This document shows, one piece after another, positions 38,379 through 52,129 of a stretch of 64,000 nucleotides of DNA (positions within the stretch are counted from its first letter, which is position 1; every line of letters starts with the position of its first letter). Source of the stretch: Camelus dromedarius (lineage: Eukaryota); contig NC_087436.1 of NCBI RefSeq assembly GCF_036321535.1, positions 45,324,001 to 45,388,000 of the forward strand, given 5' to 3'. Both the position numbers and the translations under genes were made by a program. The notes beneath the pieces are model-generated. The model saw nothing but the letters and a program-made list of their open reading frames with translations. It had not been told where the DNA came from and did no database searches.

Positions 38379-40834
38379 AAAGTGCACATGTATAATTCCA
38401 CTCCTGATGTGAATAATATAGAAATGTTATTTATTTATTGTTAGTTATTTCTAGAAGGAAAATAAATTAAGGTGGAATTCCTGGATTTAATTATCAATCC
38501 TTATTCTTCACGTAGAAATGGCTTTAAAATACTTGGCACTGGAATAATAACAAAGATTTGGCATTATAGCTGGAAAAATATCTTTGACTTCTCTCTTTAT
38601 GCACTCATAATATTTGAAAATTTCTATGATAATGTCATAGCATGTTGAAAAAAAAATTCTGTTTGACATTAAAGGTGAGATGTTGTAGGCAATAGGAAAT
38701 GAAATAAAGACTTCCTGAAATTTCAATCTGAAGAGTCATGATAATGGTGACTAAAATATTATGAAATAAAATGCCAAACATTATGTAAGAAATTATGCTT
38801 TATATTTTGAATATAAATTGAGCCAAGTCAGAAAATGGCCCCATACTCCAAGAGAGTGTTTTGCTTTCACTTATGAGCCATGCATTGGCAGGCTCATATA
38901 TTATGTTGTAGTTGTAATGAACACTTCACTACTCAACTCCCTGGCTGCATGTCCCTCTCTCTCAGTTGCCCCAATGTATCTTTGTGCTGTAGGAGAGCAC
39001 ACAGCATTGTATTTTCCTTCTTCATGGGTTTAATTGTCTTCATTTGTCCAATTTCATGAGCTTTAACTTTCACTAGCTTTATTTAACATTTCTCTTGATA
39101 TATGTAGAACATTATTGCTTTCCTGTGTCCAAGGAGGGGAGGTAAACAGCATACTCCCTCTGCTTCATTGACAAACAGTTCCACATTCAGAAGTTTTCTA
39201 GCATCCAGTCTATAAAATACTTCCACAGACAGCAGAAAAATGATGCTACTAACCTTGCTTGAACATGCACAGCAGTATTAAAACAACTTTATCTCATTAT
39301 CACATTCACTGAATCAGGTAATGATCAGAATGATGGGCAACTCCTTGCACTATTATGTACTCAGTGAAACAGTACTTGCCTTATGAATGGTGTCTCTCAC
39401 TCCCCACCTTGGAGAAGTAAGTGTTTAGAAGCTGTTCTGTGGGTCCACTACAGCTGGAGAGCCCAGGAGAAGCTGGGATTCAGCTGTCCCTAGGGTAGAA
39501 CGTTTGAATTTCTACTGTGGGGAATGCTGAATTTTATAATTGTTTACACCTTCCCTTTCTTTAAACTTTTCTTTACCTCTGAAGGTAATTCTGTGAAATG
39601 AAAGTTATAATAAAATGAGTCAAAATGAATCTTGTAGTGGAAAAAAATTCAAAATCTGCTCACTGAAATCTTACCAAGCACAAGCCCCATTTCTTCTATT
39701 AGGCCTTTTAAAACCAACTCAACTAGTGATTACACATCCCTCTGAACTTACAAATATGAATATTTCCTCTACCAATTATTTGATACCCATGAAATTTATT
39801 ATATTGCCATTTTATATTGTTACTTACCTCTTATTTACCTTTCCTTCCCTTATTCTATTTTTGATAAATACATGATTTCCCCACTAGATCACAGGCACTT
39901 CCTTGTCAGATACTTCTGTATTCCTTGAAGCATCTAAAACTGTCGTTTTGTGAAATTATATTAAAAATTAAAAGATGAATTTATTTCCACGTGGATGAGT
40001 GTAGGTTCTTGAAAGATATGATACCTGCTTCAGACAGCAGTCTTTGTAAGAACTCAGTGGGGAACAGGGGTTTCTTGGATCGGTACATCCTCATGCATGG
40101 AAGGGAGAATAAGCTATCTTTCTCTGATGGTGTCTCCAAACTCTGGAGACTCACTCAGGCTTCATGTAGGCATCGGCTGGGCTGCTTTGAATCCACTTGA
40201 GGATAATGAAATGGATCTGGCAGACGTGACCACGTATTTTCAGCAGTGGTGTTCTAGTTAGTTTTCTCCCATTCCTGACTAGCCCACTCTGTGTTTGTTC
40301 CCTTTTGTATTCCATGCCAAAACCACAAGGAAGCAAGTAGACTATGCAAAGTTGCAGGGCAGAAGGACCTGCTATGTTTTTACATTCTGTGAGGCATTCT
40401 CCTTCCCATGGGGTGAATGGTTGAGAAGGATTGGGTAGAATTTTAACTGTATGTGGGTAAACACTTTTCAAATATGGTGTTTAAGCCTGCTGTGGAGATT
40501 TAGGACAGATTTACATTAAAATGCTGAGAGCTTTATTGGTAGAAAAGAGATTGAGATTCTCCCAACCTGAAGTTAGCACCAGTCAGGTTTAGCCCCCTCC
40601 CCATAGTCTCCCACATACTTTGATAGAATGTGGATTATTTCAATATTATGTAATGCACTATGCAAATACAGCTCTAAGTCCCTTCTTCCAATAAGATTGC
40701 TATCTCTTAACCTCTCGTTTAGACATTCCCAAAAAACCACTTCTTCAAATCCTTCCCTACTGAGCAGACTTCAGTAGTTTTCCATTTTTCAAGATGGAAA
40801 ATTATTGAAGTCTGTCTGATATTCAAATTTGGGT

Positions 40835-41870
40835 GGACTTTCAGTTATAGTAAGGATTGACTAACAGGGGTCAGATTTATCCTTCCATCTGAAACTACAA
40901 AAAATATTGAAAAATATATATATGAAATATATGGTTTTCAGGTAAACAGACATCAGATGGCATAAAACAGTCATCCTTGAAAGACAGGAAACAAGTTAGA
41001 GGAGCCCTACTTTTGCTCCAGATTACTGCTTTAAAAGAGTTTCCAGGCTGTAGTGTAAAGAGGAGGAACACAGGACTCCTTGAGTTGAACTGACGGAGCT
41101 GAGAATCCAAGGAGACAAACTAAGGAGGAGGGAGAAATCCAGAGACATACAGTGTTCCCCTGACTATGCAGCAGTGTGCTCATCAGTGTATGCCTGTGAG
41201 GAAACTATCAGAGGCAAGGAAATCCCCTAAAGATATTAGAGGAAACATCATGACCACTCATACAGGGCTGGGTATAGTTCCTGTTCCCAGCAGCCAGATT
41301 GGAAAACCTCAGCATGCCGAGGGCATAGGATAGATTGTTCAGAAGAGTTTAGCCTCAGCAGTGGTGAATTATTACCCAAAGACTAAACATGGCTGTGGTC
41401 CCACCTAATAAATCTTACAAGTAAGACCCAAAAGGATAAAAGTGTTTCCTACTATCTTAACTGTATCCCAGAACAAAGCTCAAGAATATTGATAGGAATA
41501 CAAAATATCCAGCATTCAACAGGACAAAATTCACAGTGTCTGTCATTTAATCAAAGATTGCAAGACATGCAAAGAAGCAGGAAATGAGAATCTCTGAATG
41601 GCTGAAAAAAATCAATCAAAACCAGAACTGACACACATATTAGAATTAGCAGATAAAAACACTAAAACAAGTATTACCACTGTATTCTATATGTTCAGAA
41701 ATTAAGTAGACATAGAAAAAATTTAAAATAGCTAAATTGAACTTCTAGAGATGAAAACTACAACGTCTGAGTTGAAAAATACACTGGATGGAATAAATAA
41801 TAGCTTAGACACTGTGGAAGAAAAAGATTAATGAATTTGAAGGTCTGACAATAGAAACTATCCAGAATTA
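40835..41870 (+). mobile_element. Ancient L1M 5' region / ORF1 remnant
   Basis: acatattagaattagcagataaaaac...gaacttctagagatgaaaactacaacgtctgagttgaaaaatacactggatggaataaataatagcttagacactg. Confidence 0.75.
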
Positions 41871-44800
41871 ATGGATCCATGTATTCTGACTAGGTCAAGG
41901 AAGGGCATGGAAGCTCCAGGGGGGAGAAAGCTTCCATAAGGGTAGAAAGAGACAGAATTGGTCAGCTGATCCTTGCTCTGAGTGTATAGTCAGGGGGAAC
42001 TGTGGTGTTGGGTCTGTGGGTTGGCAGACACTAGAACCACTCCCAAATTAGCCATCCAGCTTGGTGGGATGACGGGAAAGGAGCCTTTGTACTTAGAGAG
42101 AGTGGTCTGAGTGACATTAAGAACTGTCACATTGGAGGCCAATTTTAATGCTAACATTTATGCTTTGGTTATGACTATCCTATCTTGTGCCTGAAGAACC
42201 ACTCTGGTGACTGCAGTAATCATCACCATGAGGGCAGCAATAACATGATCCAGTGCAGGCTGTGAGGAATGGAGAATTTCTTTGGACTCTACAGGTTTCA
42301 GCTGCTTTAACAGGCAGAAGCAACATAGCATATTCTGGACACCCAGCTTCTCATAGCCTTTGTGGAGTTCATCATTCTCAGACAGGGAACAGTCAGTTCT
42401 GGTTCTATCTGCAAGCCAAAGGCAAACATGGCTGGTATTTCACAAAAATTAAGCATTCTGGGAGATTCTGGGATGTATCACAGGAGGGAAAACCTGATGA
42501 AGACAATGTGGTCTTCCTTTTAATGTGGGCATGAGTGCTGTACTTCCGATTGCTCCTGAGGGACAGTTATTATGCTCCAAACTGAAACTTGAACACTCCA
42601 TTACATAGAAGTTGAAGTGTGTTTTTTAGCTCTTTATCTGCTAAAATGTTTCTAGAAAAAAAGTACCAAAATAAATAAGAACAAATAGTCCTAGAATAGA
42701 GATTTTTGGAAATTCTTCCCAATTTTTCTTCAAATTCCACTAACCTTCATGTATTGTTTTGCTTTGTTGTGAGTGACAAAGAAGAAAGTTTTTGAGATGA
42801 ATATGTAACTCTTATGCAATTCTATAACCAATTCTGAATGGTTATAGCTAGTACATATATGGATTTATTATGTGCCAAGCACTATTCTACACATTGATTC
42901 AACTCATTAAATGCAGTTTACTTAGGAAGTCTCAAATCTAGCCATCTCTGTTCATTAAAAAAAAAAAAAACATTAGAATGTCAAACATTTCCTGTGGGAA
43001 AAATATGGGGTGTAGTAAAAATAAATGCTCTCGGTACAAGACTTAACTTGATGTAGAATAAAAATACTTTCAGATTTCATGTGATGGAACTTTGTCTTCT
43101 GCAAAGACCGTATTATTCAGACATGCTTGCACTTGAATGTAATGATTTAGGGCCTGTTACACAAAAATAGTTGTAACTGTATGTAAAGCCATGTAAAAAA
43201 TAAGATCTATAAAAATGCTTTCCCCTAAAATGTTCAGGAAAGAAATGAGACTAAGAGGGAGTCATAGGAAGAGTTTGTACTAATTTGAACAGAATTGCCC
43301 ATACAGGTAAATCTCCAAAATTCCAGTGGTTTGTTATTTTCAGATAAATCTGTTTCCTGATATTCAGAGTGTCTTCTGTTTAATTACAGCAGAAATTGTT
43401 TTCAACTATTTGTAAATAATAAAAAGTACTATGCTCCTTACTTATGATTTGTATGACTATATATAGATAGTCCTGTAGTCCAAAGCAAAACCTGTCAACT
43501 GTACCTTCCTTTTATCTGTTTTTTAAAAATACCAATCTCAATGTTTCTTTTGTAATCAAAGAGTAAATTTCTATGTGAATAATTCCAAAAACATGGGAAC
43601 TAAAAGCACAATAACTTAGAAAATAGACTAATGTTTGAGAATTAATGGGTTTTGATTTTTTTGTAAATTGCATTTTTAAAAGAAATACCTCTTCAGTGGG
43701 TATTCTTGAACTACTATACTTTCAATGCCAAATGAGTTTTATTATCATAAAACACTGCAAAATTAGAAGTAACTTTTAGAAATATTTTAATTAAGAAATA
43801 AAATTATCAGGTAATTATATATTTTATCTGTTGCTAGTCTTTCTAATATACAGATCATGTTTAAAAAATCAGGCAATGTAGTATTTCAGGTTTAAGGAGA
43901 AAATGAGTATTCAATTCTGCATGCTTTTCTTATAGTCCTCAATCGGGCCAGAACCTATTAGATAAATTATTCAGTGGTTAAAAAATAAATCGTAATATGA
44001 GGTATATTCTTTCCTTCAGGCCGCCTACTCAGATTCAACACTAATGTACTAAGTAAAATTTTCTTTGCATGAAAAGTGTATATAACATTAGGAAAAATAA
44101 AAAACTAACTTTGCCCTGAGAAAACAGCTTATTCACTTATGGAAATATGACCAAAAAAAGAAAACAAAATCCATAATTTTGTCAATCATCTTTACTTTAG
44201 AATATTAATATAAACTATTCTAAGAGATTATGCCTTAATCTCCAGGAAAAATGACATATTAAAAATCACACTGAAGCAGGAAATTGTACTAAATAGGTAG
44301 TTCCTCAAAATGGACTATTCCAAGTTTCAATACCAAAAGAAATTTTTTAGAATATCAAGGTAGAAGTCAGTCTAGTATTTTTCAGGAAATGTCTTCTTTC
44401 CTTGTATATGAAAATATCATTTATCAGAATGAGAATCACCTGGAAAATACTTTTTAAATTTGTTGCTATTTGTATTACATGAATAATAGTGTTTATTACA
44501 CGGGAATTTGATGCCAATACATTGTGCCAACACAGTGTGCCAACACTAGTTTCTGAAGATGCCATTATTGTGGGGAGCTCAGCTTAACTTTAACAGAACT
44601 TAACAGAGCTTCTTGAACTTATCTCAGTGAGTCAAGAGATTGAGGACCGGTGGTGCAGACCCACCAAGAGTCTATTTACATCCAGACTGAATTACCAACC
44701 AGAAGAAAATTTTATCATAAAAGAATGGGCCCTTAAGTGTGATGTAGACCAGTACTCAGTATCAGGAGGAGGAGGACTTCTGAAGACAGCAGTGCCTGCC

Positions 44801-45789
44801 ACTTGGCTCAGCTTGCCCACCTTGACTTTTGACTGAGGCTCTGGAGTGGGAGAGAGACAGAGGCCCGGCTCAGTCCAACACTCCTGGTGGCAGCGTATGA
44901 CATCTGCCAGAAACAGAGATTTTGCCAGTACTGGCAGCACCGCCCCTGCTGGGTGTCAGTGACTACATCCAAGCTGGCAGCTGCCACATGGCTCAGAGAA
45001 CCATTCACAGGACGGGGCCAGCAGTGGAGCAGCAACACCATCAACAACCAGTGCTTTCATGAGGACTGGCTGATTTGGGGCCATAACTGTGGGGAACCAG
45101 AGTGGAGCTGGGATGTTAAAGAAGATGGTAGATATGACACAGCAACTAAAAGTGCTGTGTGCATGGGACACACACCTGCAAATCCCTAGGTACAACTAGA
45201 GGACTTTGAAAGGTCCGGGAGGAACCCAAAAGTGGTTAGTATAGAAAATGCTGTCTGGGATGCAGCACATACTGTAGACACAGATTGTCTGGGTTTAAAT
45301 CCAACCTGCACTGCTAGTCAGCTATGTCAGCAACTTGATCTCTCAGTTTCCTCATTAGTAGTTTATTCCTGCCTCATCAGGTTTTATGAGGGAGGGTGAA
45401 TTAGAGTGTTCTCTCTGCACAGCACACTTTCACAATTTTGTCTCATTAGGGCTGTACTATAACCAACTGTGCTAGTGAATCAGAATATAACATTTTAGTG
45501 ATCATATCCCTTCATAAGCACACTTTTTTTCCCCCTCAAGCTGTCTTACTTAAATTTAATTTGTTCACTGCAAAGACTTTGATTGTAAGCTAGATCTAAA
45601 ACAGAGGCTTTGTTTTCAATAACTCCTTTTACTTCTGTCTCTCTTTAATATGTCTTTCACTTCTCGCTAAGTATTTAGATGAGGATAAGGAAGCTATAAT
45701 TATCTAAGTGTAATCTATGTCTAGATCCATATCTGTACCCATAGACATATCTCTCTTTTTCATCTCTGTCTACATCTATTATTACTGTA

Positions 45790-46020
45790 CTAGATCGCTG
45801 GCATGACATTTACAATAATTCTCCTATCCCTGTATGCTTGCCGCTTAGCATTGTAATATTTTATTATTCTTCCCATCAAGAGGTAAAGCCTATTTCTCTA
45901 TCCTTGTAATATGGCTAACTTGTGACTTGCTTTGATCAACAGAATGAGGGGGAAAAAAGTAGAATGAGGCAGAAGTGATACTGTGTAGCTTTCAGGTCTA
46001 AGTCTTAAAAGGCCTTGTAG
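45790..46020 (+). mobile_element. MLT1 (F/G-like) LTR 5' part, truncated
   Basis: cttcccatcaagaggtaaagcctatttctc...ttgtgacttgctttgatcaacagaatgagg...cagaagtga...cttaaaaggccttg. Confidence 0.75.
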
Positions 46021-47316
46021 GAGGCAGAATTTCCAGAAGGAAGTTTCTCTCTTCTCCAGAGGGAAGCGTAGCACATCCTCATGCCAAAAAGTAGTGATAA
46101 AACTGGATAAAAATTTTCAGAAAAAATTTCAAGACTCTGGAAATTGATCAGAGACACACAGCAGTTTAAGAAGTGTTGATTTAAGAAAAAACTACTGACC
46201 CGCTATAAGAACAATGGGAGTCTGGAGTTCCAGGCTGGGGCAGCTCCCATTCTGCGTTCCACACCACATCAGCTCCACAGCACAGGGTTCTACCAGGTGG
46301 GGCAGCCGATGGGGATAGGTAGCCTCAGGGCCTGAATGGGCTGACTGATTTGGAACAGAATGCAAAAAAATCCCATATACCCAGAGGTACTGATAAAAAT
46401 AATAATGATCTCTGGCAAATATCCAGGGAAACCAAATATTGCAGTTAGACTAAGATTACACTGGTAATCTGTTACAATTGAACAAGTAACAGATTAGCAG
46501 ATCAGCCAGAAATTTAACAAGGAGATCTGGGAAATGAGATAGCCACAGTAGGTCTTGATAAGCTCCCACATACCCTAGGGCTCAGGAAGCTTGTATGCAT
46601 GCACAAGGGCACCCATACACACAGAAGAGACTGGAAAGCCTTCTAGCTAATTGCCATTGGCTGAACACGGGATCATGAGACCCTTGTGCGTGCAAAAAGT
46701 AAAATAAGGAGCAAATTTCTAAATTGTCTGAAGCTTCAAAATATTCCTCAAGCCACACATAGAGCCAATGGCAAAGGGTAGAAACCTTACTGACTCTAAG
46801 CAAAATCTCTGATCAGTCATTAGCTGCCTACTGAATTATGCAAATTCAAAGGAAATCCTAGGAAGCTATATTTAAAATTAAAAAGAATTAAAAAAAAAAA
46901 AACTAAGCTGAGACATCAATGGCCACACACTGCAGATGAAACAGACTTCAAAGACTTAGTCTAGGGAAGTCACTAAACTAATAAATAAACAGCAACAATA
47001 CTTCTCAGAGGGAAAATAATCAGAACTGAAAGTTACTACAATATATTCTCTAATGAAACCAATTTTCAACAAAATTAGACACACGCACACACAAAAATAA
47101 ATCTAGGAAAGCTGTGACCCATTCACAAGGAGAAAGAAAATAAGCCAACAGAAACTGTCTTGAGGAGGACCAGATGCTGGACTTGGAAGATAAAAACTTC
47201 AGAGCAAAGCAACTATCGTAAATATATTCAAAGAACCAATGTAAAGTATGATTATGTCAAGGACTTTTCAAGTAGAGAATATAAATAAAAAGAGATAAAT
47301 TATTTTTTAAAAGAAG
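46021..47316 (+). mobile_element. Ancient L1M 5' region / ORF1 start
   Basis: aagactctggaaattgatcagaga; tgtgacccattcacaagg...ccagatgctggacttggaagataaaaacttc...aaatatattcaaagaac. Confidence 0.7.
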
Positions 47317-48580
47317 CAATGAACAATAGGGTGCATATATCTTTTTGAATTAGTATTTTTATTTTTTTCAGGTATATATCCAGGAATGGAAATGCTGAGT
47401 CATACGGTAGTTTTAGTTTTTGAGAAGCTTTTACACTGTTTTCCACAGTAGCTGCACCAATTTACATTCCCACCAACAATGTACAAGGGTTCCATTTTCT
47501 TCACATCCTTGCCAACATTTGTTATTTGTAAACTTTTTGATCACAGCCATTCTAACGGGTGTGACGTGATATCTCATTTTGGTATTGATTTGCATTTCCC
47601 TGATGATTAGTGATGTAGAGCATCTTTTCATGTGCCTGTTGGCCATCTGCACTTCTTCTTTGGAAAAATGTCTATTCCGTTCTGCCCATTTTTTACTGGT
47701 TTTTTTTTTTTTTGATGTTGAGTTATATGAGCTGTTTATATATGTTGGATATTAATCCCTTATTGGTCATTTGATTTGCAAATAATTTCTCCCATTCAGT
47801 AGGTTGTCTCCTTGTTTTGTTGATGATTTCCTTTGCTGTGCAAAAGTGTTTAAGTTTAATTAGGTCCCATTTGTTTATTTTTGCTTTTATTTCCTTTATT
47901 TTAGGAGATAAATCCAAAAAAAAAAATATTGCTTAGATTTATGTCCAGGAGTGTTCTGCCTACCTTTTCCTCTAGGAGTTTTACAGTATCTCATCTTACA
48001 TTTAGGTCTTTAATCCATTTTGAGTCTATTTTGTATACAGTATGAAAGAATGTTCTAATCTCATTCTTTTACATGTAGCTGTCCAGTTTTCCCAGCACCG
48101 CTTATTGAAGAGACTGTCTTTTCTCCACTGTATATTCCTGCCTCCTTTGTCATAGATAAATTGGCCATAAGTGCATGGACTTATTTTTGTGCTTTCTATC
48201 CTGTTCCATTGATCTATGTGTCTGGTTTTGTGCCAGTATCTTGCTGTTTTGATTACTATATCTTTGTAGTATAGTCTGAAGTCAGGGAGCATGATTCCCC
48301 TATCTCTGTTGTTCTTTCTCAAAATTGTTTTGGCTATTTGGGGTCTTTTATGTTTGCATTCAGATTTTTAAATTATTTTGTTCTAGTTCTGTGGCAAATG
48401 CCACTGTTATTTTGATAGGGATTGGATTGAATCTGTAGATTGCCTTGGGTAGTATGGTCACTTTAACAATATTGATTCTTCCAATCCAAAAACATGGTAT
48501 ATCTTCTCATATCTTCTCAGTTTGTGTTGTCTTCAGTTTCTTTCATCAATGTCTTATAGTTTTTGGAGTATAGAGCTTTA
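47317..48580 (-). mobile_element. L1 ORF2 C-terminal fragment lacking 3'UTR
   Basis: Minus-strand ORFs [12 protein letters not shown]...[43 protein letters not shown]...[10 protein letters not shown]. Confidence 0.93.
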
Positions 48581-48689
48581 CTGCAGGTCTTTGTGAGGTG
48601 CTCTCTATTAAGCTACACATTCTATGCACATTTTCATGAACCAGTTATACTCCCGAGATAAAATCTCAATGATTTTCATAAAGATATTG

Positions 48690-49100
48690 ACTGTGAGGAT
48701 TAAATGAGAATGTGTGTATCATGCTTAAAGCAAAACCTACTTTATGGGGTGAATATGAGAATGAAATGTAATAACACATTTAAAATATTCAGAACACTTC
48801 CTGGCACATAGTACGTGTTTGGTAAATAATTAGCTGTTATTATTTTTGGCACAACTGCTGATTTCCCTTCCTCTGTAAAGTCAACTGTGTAAGAAGTAGT
48901 GTGCACTTGAACATTAATGGGGGAAGCAGCAAGTTAAGGAGGCAGTGGATTAGTGGTTAAGAGTTCTGGCTATGAAGTCAGGTCTTCTGGGTCCAAAAGC
49001 CTAGTTTTGCTAGTTACTGCCTATTACTTGAAGTTATCTGATCCCTCTGTAAGACTGATTTCCTCCTGTGTAAATGAGGAGAATAATACTTCCTATCTAG
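48690..49100 (+). mobile_element. MIR fragment cluster
   Basis: tgtgaggattaaatgag; cctggcacatagta; tagtggttaagagttctggc...tttcctcctgtgtaaatgaggagaataatac. Confidence 0.7.
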
Positions 49101-50109
49101 GTGGTTCTTCTTTGCCGGGGCCTGACACTTGGTCTGCTCTAAAGCAGTGACTAAGGCACCATCATGAGAGGGTTACAGCCTGCACCCTGCACTATCAGGG
49201 TAAATCCTGGCCCTTTGATTTCTAGGAATGTGATGGAGCAAGTTATTTAGTCTTTCCTTGCTTCTGTTTCACCTTTACATAATTAATTAATAAATAATAG
49301 CTTTGATAATTAGAAAAATGGGAAGGATATTCAAGAAAAGGAGGTTTGGAGAAAATGGGCAAGGCATTTTGTAACAGAAATGAACATCTGTGATGTTTCC
49401 TATTCCTGGAAATCCCTTAACCACTTGGTAAGAGTCACTGGAATTTATTTTCAAATCACAATTGTGGCATAATCCACTGTCACTGGGTGTTTTCAGTCTC
49501 CTGAAAACAGATCACTTAATGTCTTTGAGTTGCTCTCTAAATAAGATAGATAAGGGACATGTTCCCTGTTTACCTCTCAGGGGTTTTGTTAGCTGATGTA
49601 GATTGTGTGTGACTTCAGTGTTAATTCAGTATGCATTGAGCATCATCTTAGATGCTAGGGGAAAGAAGACAAGGTTTGTATCCTCCTTGAGCTTATCCAG
49701 AAGAGGGAAATAAATACAACAGTAATTATGTGTGATAAAGTGTCAGAGGTGCTCTGATGGAGGTTTGTACAGGGCACAGCTTGGACACAAATGAGAGCAA
49801 TTGTCTCCACCTGGGGTTGATAAGGAACAGCTCCCTGGAGGGGGTGACCCCAACCTTACATGTGAATGTGCTTGACTTGCCTCAGGGTGGTGCCCAGTTG
49901 AAAATGAACTGAAGTCCTAAAGTATCTCAGACACTTTTGGGTGCCATCATCTATCTTTGAATTTGGAGAAACTGAACAGCTGGGATCAGTTTCAGAAGTA
50001 CTAAGGCCTGGTGATGAAAATTTAAAGTACTGTTTAGTTGATGCAATTTTATAATTTTATTCAGTGTTTATTTAAAGCACACTTTACCCACTAATAAATA
50101 TAGAAGGAC

Positions 50110-50990
50110 TGGTAGAATGAGAAAAATCACCACTTTGTAACCCACCCCACAATGTAAAAATTGATTCAGATCATCAAGGAAATATGCTTAAATAATAGGT
50201 GAAAGATTCTTAGGGAGCAGGATAATCTTTCAGTTTTAAGTTATCAGCCCAAAGATAACTTATTGATTACAAAGGGATGAAATATGCCTTTATAATGGAG
50301 TGATCACCACAAAAAGCAAGTAATGGAGCTTGGCACTGCCTCGAGTGGGATGGCCTGAAGTCCTGCCTCCTGACATTATGCAGTGGGAGGTACATAGCAT
50401 CACTCACAACGTACACTTGCCAGAAATGTTCAACTTGAAACTAAACACAAGGGAATAGACAAACTCAGATTATGGAATTTTCTGCAGGACTCTTCAAATG
50501 ATTTAATATTATAAACAGATGAAGCATTGGTACAGATCAAAATGGAGGGAGTCTAAACAGGCATAACAGCCAAGTGAAATATATCAACCCTGATTAGATC
50601 CTGGACTGAAAAAATAATCTAGCAAAAAGGATAACTGAGGAGATTTGAGTATGGACTGCATGTTGAATGTTGTTACTGAACTGATGACGATTTTTCTTAG
50701 GTGCGGTGCCGGTGTTGTAGTTGTGTAGAGGAACCACCTATTCGTGAGAACTGAAGTATTTAGAGGTGAAGCGTTCTGATGTACACTACCTAATTTTTGG
50801 ATGGTTGAGAAAGGGAGATTTGTATGTGTGTAGAAGGGGAGGAGAGAAGGTGCAGGGGCAAGGAGACCAGGTGTGGCAAAAATGCTACTATTTAATGAAC
50901 CTTGGTGAGGTTACATGGGTGTTTTTGTATTATTCTTTGACATTGTTCAATAACAAAATAAAACACATTTTTTATTTTAAAACAAGGTTT
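50110..50990 (+). mobile_element. Ancient L1MC/ME-type 3' region
   Basis: acttattgattacaaaggg...tttataatggag; ccctgattagatcctggact; gagatttgagtatggactg; gaagtatttagaggtgaag. Confidence 0.7.
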
Positions 50991-52129
50991 TAAAATTGTC
51001 CTAATATTGTGTTCTGTTTATTAATGTGTACAAGTATGCATATAGACATGTTTTCATTTAACAAATCAAATCATTTGCTCTGCATGTTTTTAATACAATG
51101 GAATATTTACCTTCTAGGCTTGTTAGTAACAGCATCTAACATTAAGATAGCGCACTACTTGGTACAAAATAATACTCAATAACCGTATAAATGTGTGATC
51201 TTGAAAGCTACTTAAATTATTAATCATGTATTAATATAAATGTATAGTTATATTCAATTTTGCATAAATCATATAATACAACTGAAAATGTATGATTAAC
51301 ACCAAGGAGACTGAAACTTTATATGTGTATGCCTAGATGCATACACAATTGTAATATATAACTTTTGGTGATTTTACCATTTTATCATTCCTATTACCCT
51401 GCCCTTTTTCACGTGTTATGCAGAACTAGGGGTAATACAATTTCTGAAGCACTTCAACTTGAATAATTGGTTGAATTAGAATATCCTGTACTGCAAATAA
51501 CAGAAACACAGACCACTCCTATGACTATCACATTGTTGGATATTATCTCAACTTACTAATTTAACTGTTATTGTTTCAAAATGTGTAGAGATAGACTAGA
51601 TATTTTCTGTACTCTTTTCTTAGACTGATAATCTTATGCAGAAGGAAATCCTACCTTTCCTATGCCTATTTGTTGCTAGATCACATTGTACTATGCTCTG
51701 TATAACATGGACATAATATATTAAGGTAGTAGTAATAGTAGTAGTAGTGATGGTAAGATAGAAAGACATTGTTTATACTCAAAAATTCTGGGAACATCTC
51801 AGTAAATGTTTTAACTCCCAGTTTAACAGATGTTGCTTTGCACATGGTAGGCATTGTATATACCTGTTTAATAAGTGTTGTTTAAATTATCTACCTTAGG
51901 ACTTAAATTTAAGTTGATTTGGTCAATCAGAAACACTTACTGAGAACATTCTGGGTGCCAGGCACTGTATCTGGTGCTAGAGAAAAAAATAAACGAATGT
52001 CTCTGTCCTTGAGTAGATCATAACGCAGGATAGGGTACAAGTATATAAGTACGTTATGCAGTACAGTGTGGCAAATGTTGTGAATTTTCAGTGGCTATAT
52101 GTAAATGCCAAAAGAAAACTCTATTGATT

